Part shown: one piece after another, positions 18,991 through 21,191 of the stretch
How positions within the stretch are numbered: position 1 is the stretch's first letter
Layout of the letters: every line of letters starts with the position of its first letter
DNA from: Octopus sinensis
Taxonomy: Eukaryota
Direction: 5' to 3'
NCBI RefSeq assembly: GCF_006345805.1
Contig: NW_021823886.1
Coordinates: 1 to 21,191, forward strand
Length of the DNA: 21,191 bases
Program-made: the position numbers and the translations under genes
The notes under the pieces: model-generated
Databases searched by the model: none
Seen by the model: the letters and a program-made list of their open reading frames with translations, nothing else
Told to the model about the DNA's origin: nothing

Positions 18991-19786
18991 CATTATTTGT
19001 ACCTGTACCCTCATCTTGACATCATGTGATGGTTGTATACAACTATCACATTCATACAAGCGATATTCATTTCCAGTCTTTAATGAAAAATATGTCGAGC
19101 CATGGGAAATATCACCTTGCTTGGAAATAAGTGACAGTTGGTGACAGGAAGAGCACCCAACTGCAGAAAATTTGTCTCAACAAATCCTGCTATCCAATGC
19201 AAGTATGGAAAAGCAGACATCAAATGATAATGATGTTACTTCTGAATAATGCCTCTTAGATTTCTTTAACTTTCTTAATATCTTCATTGGTTTTAATAAT
19301 ATTACATGAAAAAGATTCCAGAAGCCAAAGGAAAATTTGTATACTGTATACTCAGTTGCTATATTTCAAGAAAGCAGCTTATTCTCTACCACACCTGCTT
19401 CCTGATTTGAGCTGTTATTTATTCCAGTTTGATCTCCATGATAGAGCAATCTCAGTGGTTGTGCTACTTTATAAAGCTAGTTCTGTAAAGTGACTAGTTC
19501 TATAGATATTTTTCCTTAGTATTGATGATTCATTATATCAGCTCTACTGTTGGTATCAAAATCCACTTCAACAAAGCATACTTTTTCAGAATAATAGATT
19601 TGACTTTCAGTAATAAATGAAATTGTCTTAGTCTGCCTTGCTACAAGCAGGTGATACAGCCCTCATCACATTTTTAGTAATTGAGTGATAAGGAATATCT
19701 CACCTCCCTAGCTTATTCCAGCACTATGTAAATACCTCAATCTAATAAAGAAACATTTATGCAGCTACTTGTATTGTTATACATAA

Positions 19787-20004
19787 CACGTTTATCAACC
19801 CAGCTGAAGCCAGCTCTGGCTCTGTAGTACAAATGTTTTGTTTTCATAAGTTTTGTATTAAAATATTTCACCAAATCTTAGTCACAAGTTATGTTCCTAA
19901 CACAAGCTTAATGATAACTAAATTATTTTACTAAATTCTTTGTTATATTTAAAATAATTGAAAGAAACACAGAGCATCTCAAAATAAATACAGTAACGGA
20001 AGGG
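19787..20004. mobile_element. piggyBac-like MITE (~220 bp)
   Basis: The right end is AAGGG|TTAA (TTAA at 20005-20008). The left end is degenerate (ataa|cacgttt for TTAA|CCCTTT). The assignment relies partly on recalled octopus repeat sequence. Confidence 0.55.
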
Positions 20005-20409
20005 TTAAAAAAGGGAAAATCACATTAGATAATGTGGTTATAGGTATACCTTTTCTTATTTTTAATAAGATAGAATGCTACAGTTCACTTAGGCATTCTT
20101 GGTGCTTACTCATGTTATTTTGAGTGGTACACTGGTGTCCTATCTAGAGTGTCGATATATTTCTAATCTGATTATTGCAATAATGCTGGAACTGACTCTT
20201 AACAGCCCTCTTGGGATCAGGAGATAGTTATTGTTTTACAAATACATTTAGGACTGAAAGATGAGAATAGTAAGAGACATTTGATTTGAAACTTCAAAAT
20301 TTTCTTTAAGAAAATGAAGATAGATGGTACTGCATTGGCCTTAAAAGTGGTCTTTAAGACATAGTGTTGTTTAATGTTTGACTAACTCAAACACCATTCC
20401 TACTTATGT

Positions 20410-20810
20410 TGAGAAAAAGTGAGTCCCACAATGGAGTACTACTCCCACATTTGGAATGATGCTACTACTACACACACACACACATTGACATCCTAGACCA
20501 CATCCAGATAAGAGCCACTCAACTGACACTCACTAAGACCTCAGATTATGGTATGTCCTGGGGCCACAGGCATTCTCTCTCTCTCTCTATCTCGTCTTCT
20601 CTAATGCTGGTCTCTTCCCTACTCCAGTCACGTGTCCCCAACTCATTTGTCACTCCACTTCTCAGCCTTGTTTCATCCAACTCAATCAGCCACACACTAT
20701 AACCACTATTCCTTAGTTTTTTCTCTCCAGAACGCTGCTGCTCCTCTGGATTCTTTTTCCTGCAAGTGTTGACCTGCACCAGTTTAAGTGAAACATTAAT
20801 GGCATCTAGC
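20410..20810 (+). mobile_element. LINE (CR1/L2/Jockey group) ORF2 3' fragment, decayed
   Basis: PTMEYYSHIWND, HIDILDHIQ, NHYSLSF..RT..LW..FPASVDLHQFK*NIN, reconstructed across frameshifts. Confidence 0.6.
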
Positions 20811-21191
20811 TCACCTATTTTGGAGGGCTAAATCAAAACAAAAGTCGAACAAAATCTACATAGAAAGAAACAATAGATAAAAAAGCAGTAACATACGTAG
20901 TGTCTGGAATGATAAATATAACTAGAAACTAGTGACAATACAATTGATAGCCAGTAACTAATATTATTTTCATACTTCCAACTAGTATCGACTGCATCTC
21001 TGGTCATGTTTTGATATTTTGATTTCATCTTCAAATCATAGCATTCACTGTGCTTTCCAAAGTAGTGATGAATGACTCAGTAAGTAAATATTCAAGACTG
21101 GATTTATTATAGGAAGCAAATTTATTCAAAAGTTAACACAATTCAATGAAAATTTAGTTTTAATCTTTCACTAAGTTTATTTTCCTTCACA

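Noticed and set aside
20124-20200. gtacactggt (YTG) as a candidate next SPTLC2 exon
   Set aside because: There is no properly placed acceptor and no downstream GSYNYLGF motif.

Overview
AT-rich eukaryotic DNA, most likely from an octopus/cephalopod. The species is inferred from the (TA/TG)n tracts and the style of the SINE/RTE repeats. The only recognisable host coding sequence is one 155-bp exon (8102-8256, +) of serine palmitoyltransferase 2 (SPTLC2/LCB2); the rest looks like its flanking introns packed with decayed transposons. In order along the window: a CR1-type LINE RT fragment; an IR/DR-type DD34E Tc1; a 5'-truncated RTE LINE whose RT carries an internal PHD finger; a probable Helitron 5' end; and a DD34D mariner. 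Then come an RTE-type LINE interrupted by a short-LTR Gypsy, itself interrupted by a solo LTR (AGCT TSD); a second CR1 fragment; and a pogo-like MITE containing a DD36E Tc1 with an internal inverted duplication. Near the end are a Penelope-like element (GIY-YIG remnant, two tandem and one inverted pseudo-LTR), a SINE, a piggyBac-like MITE and a LINE 3' end. The most interesting signal is a minimal type-I hammerhead ribozyme motif in the Penelope pseudo-LTRs: two tandem copies 398 nt apart, antisense to the host gene. Boundaries were read by eye and no database searches were run.
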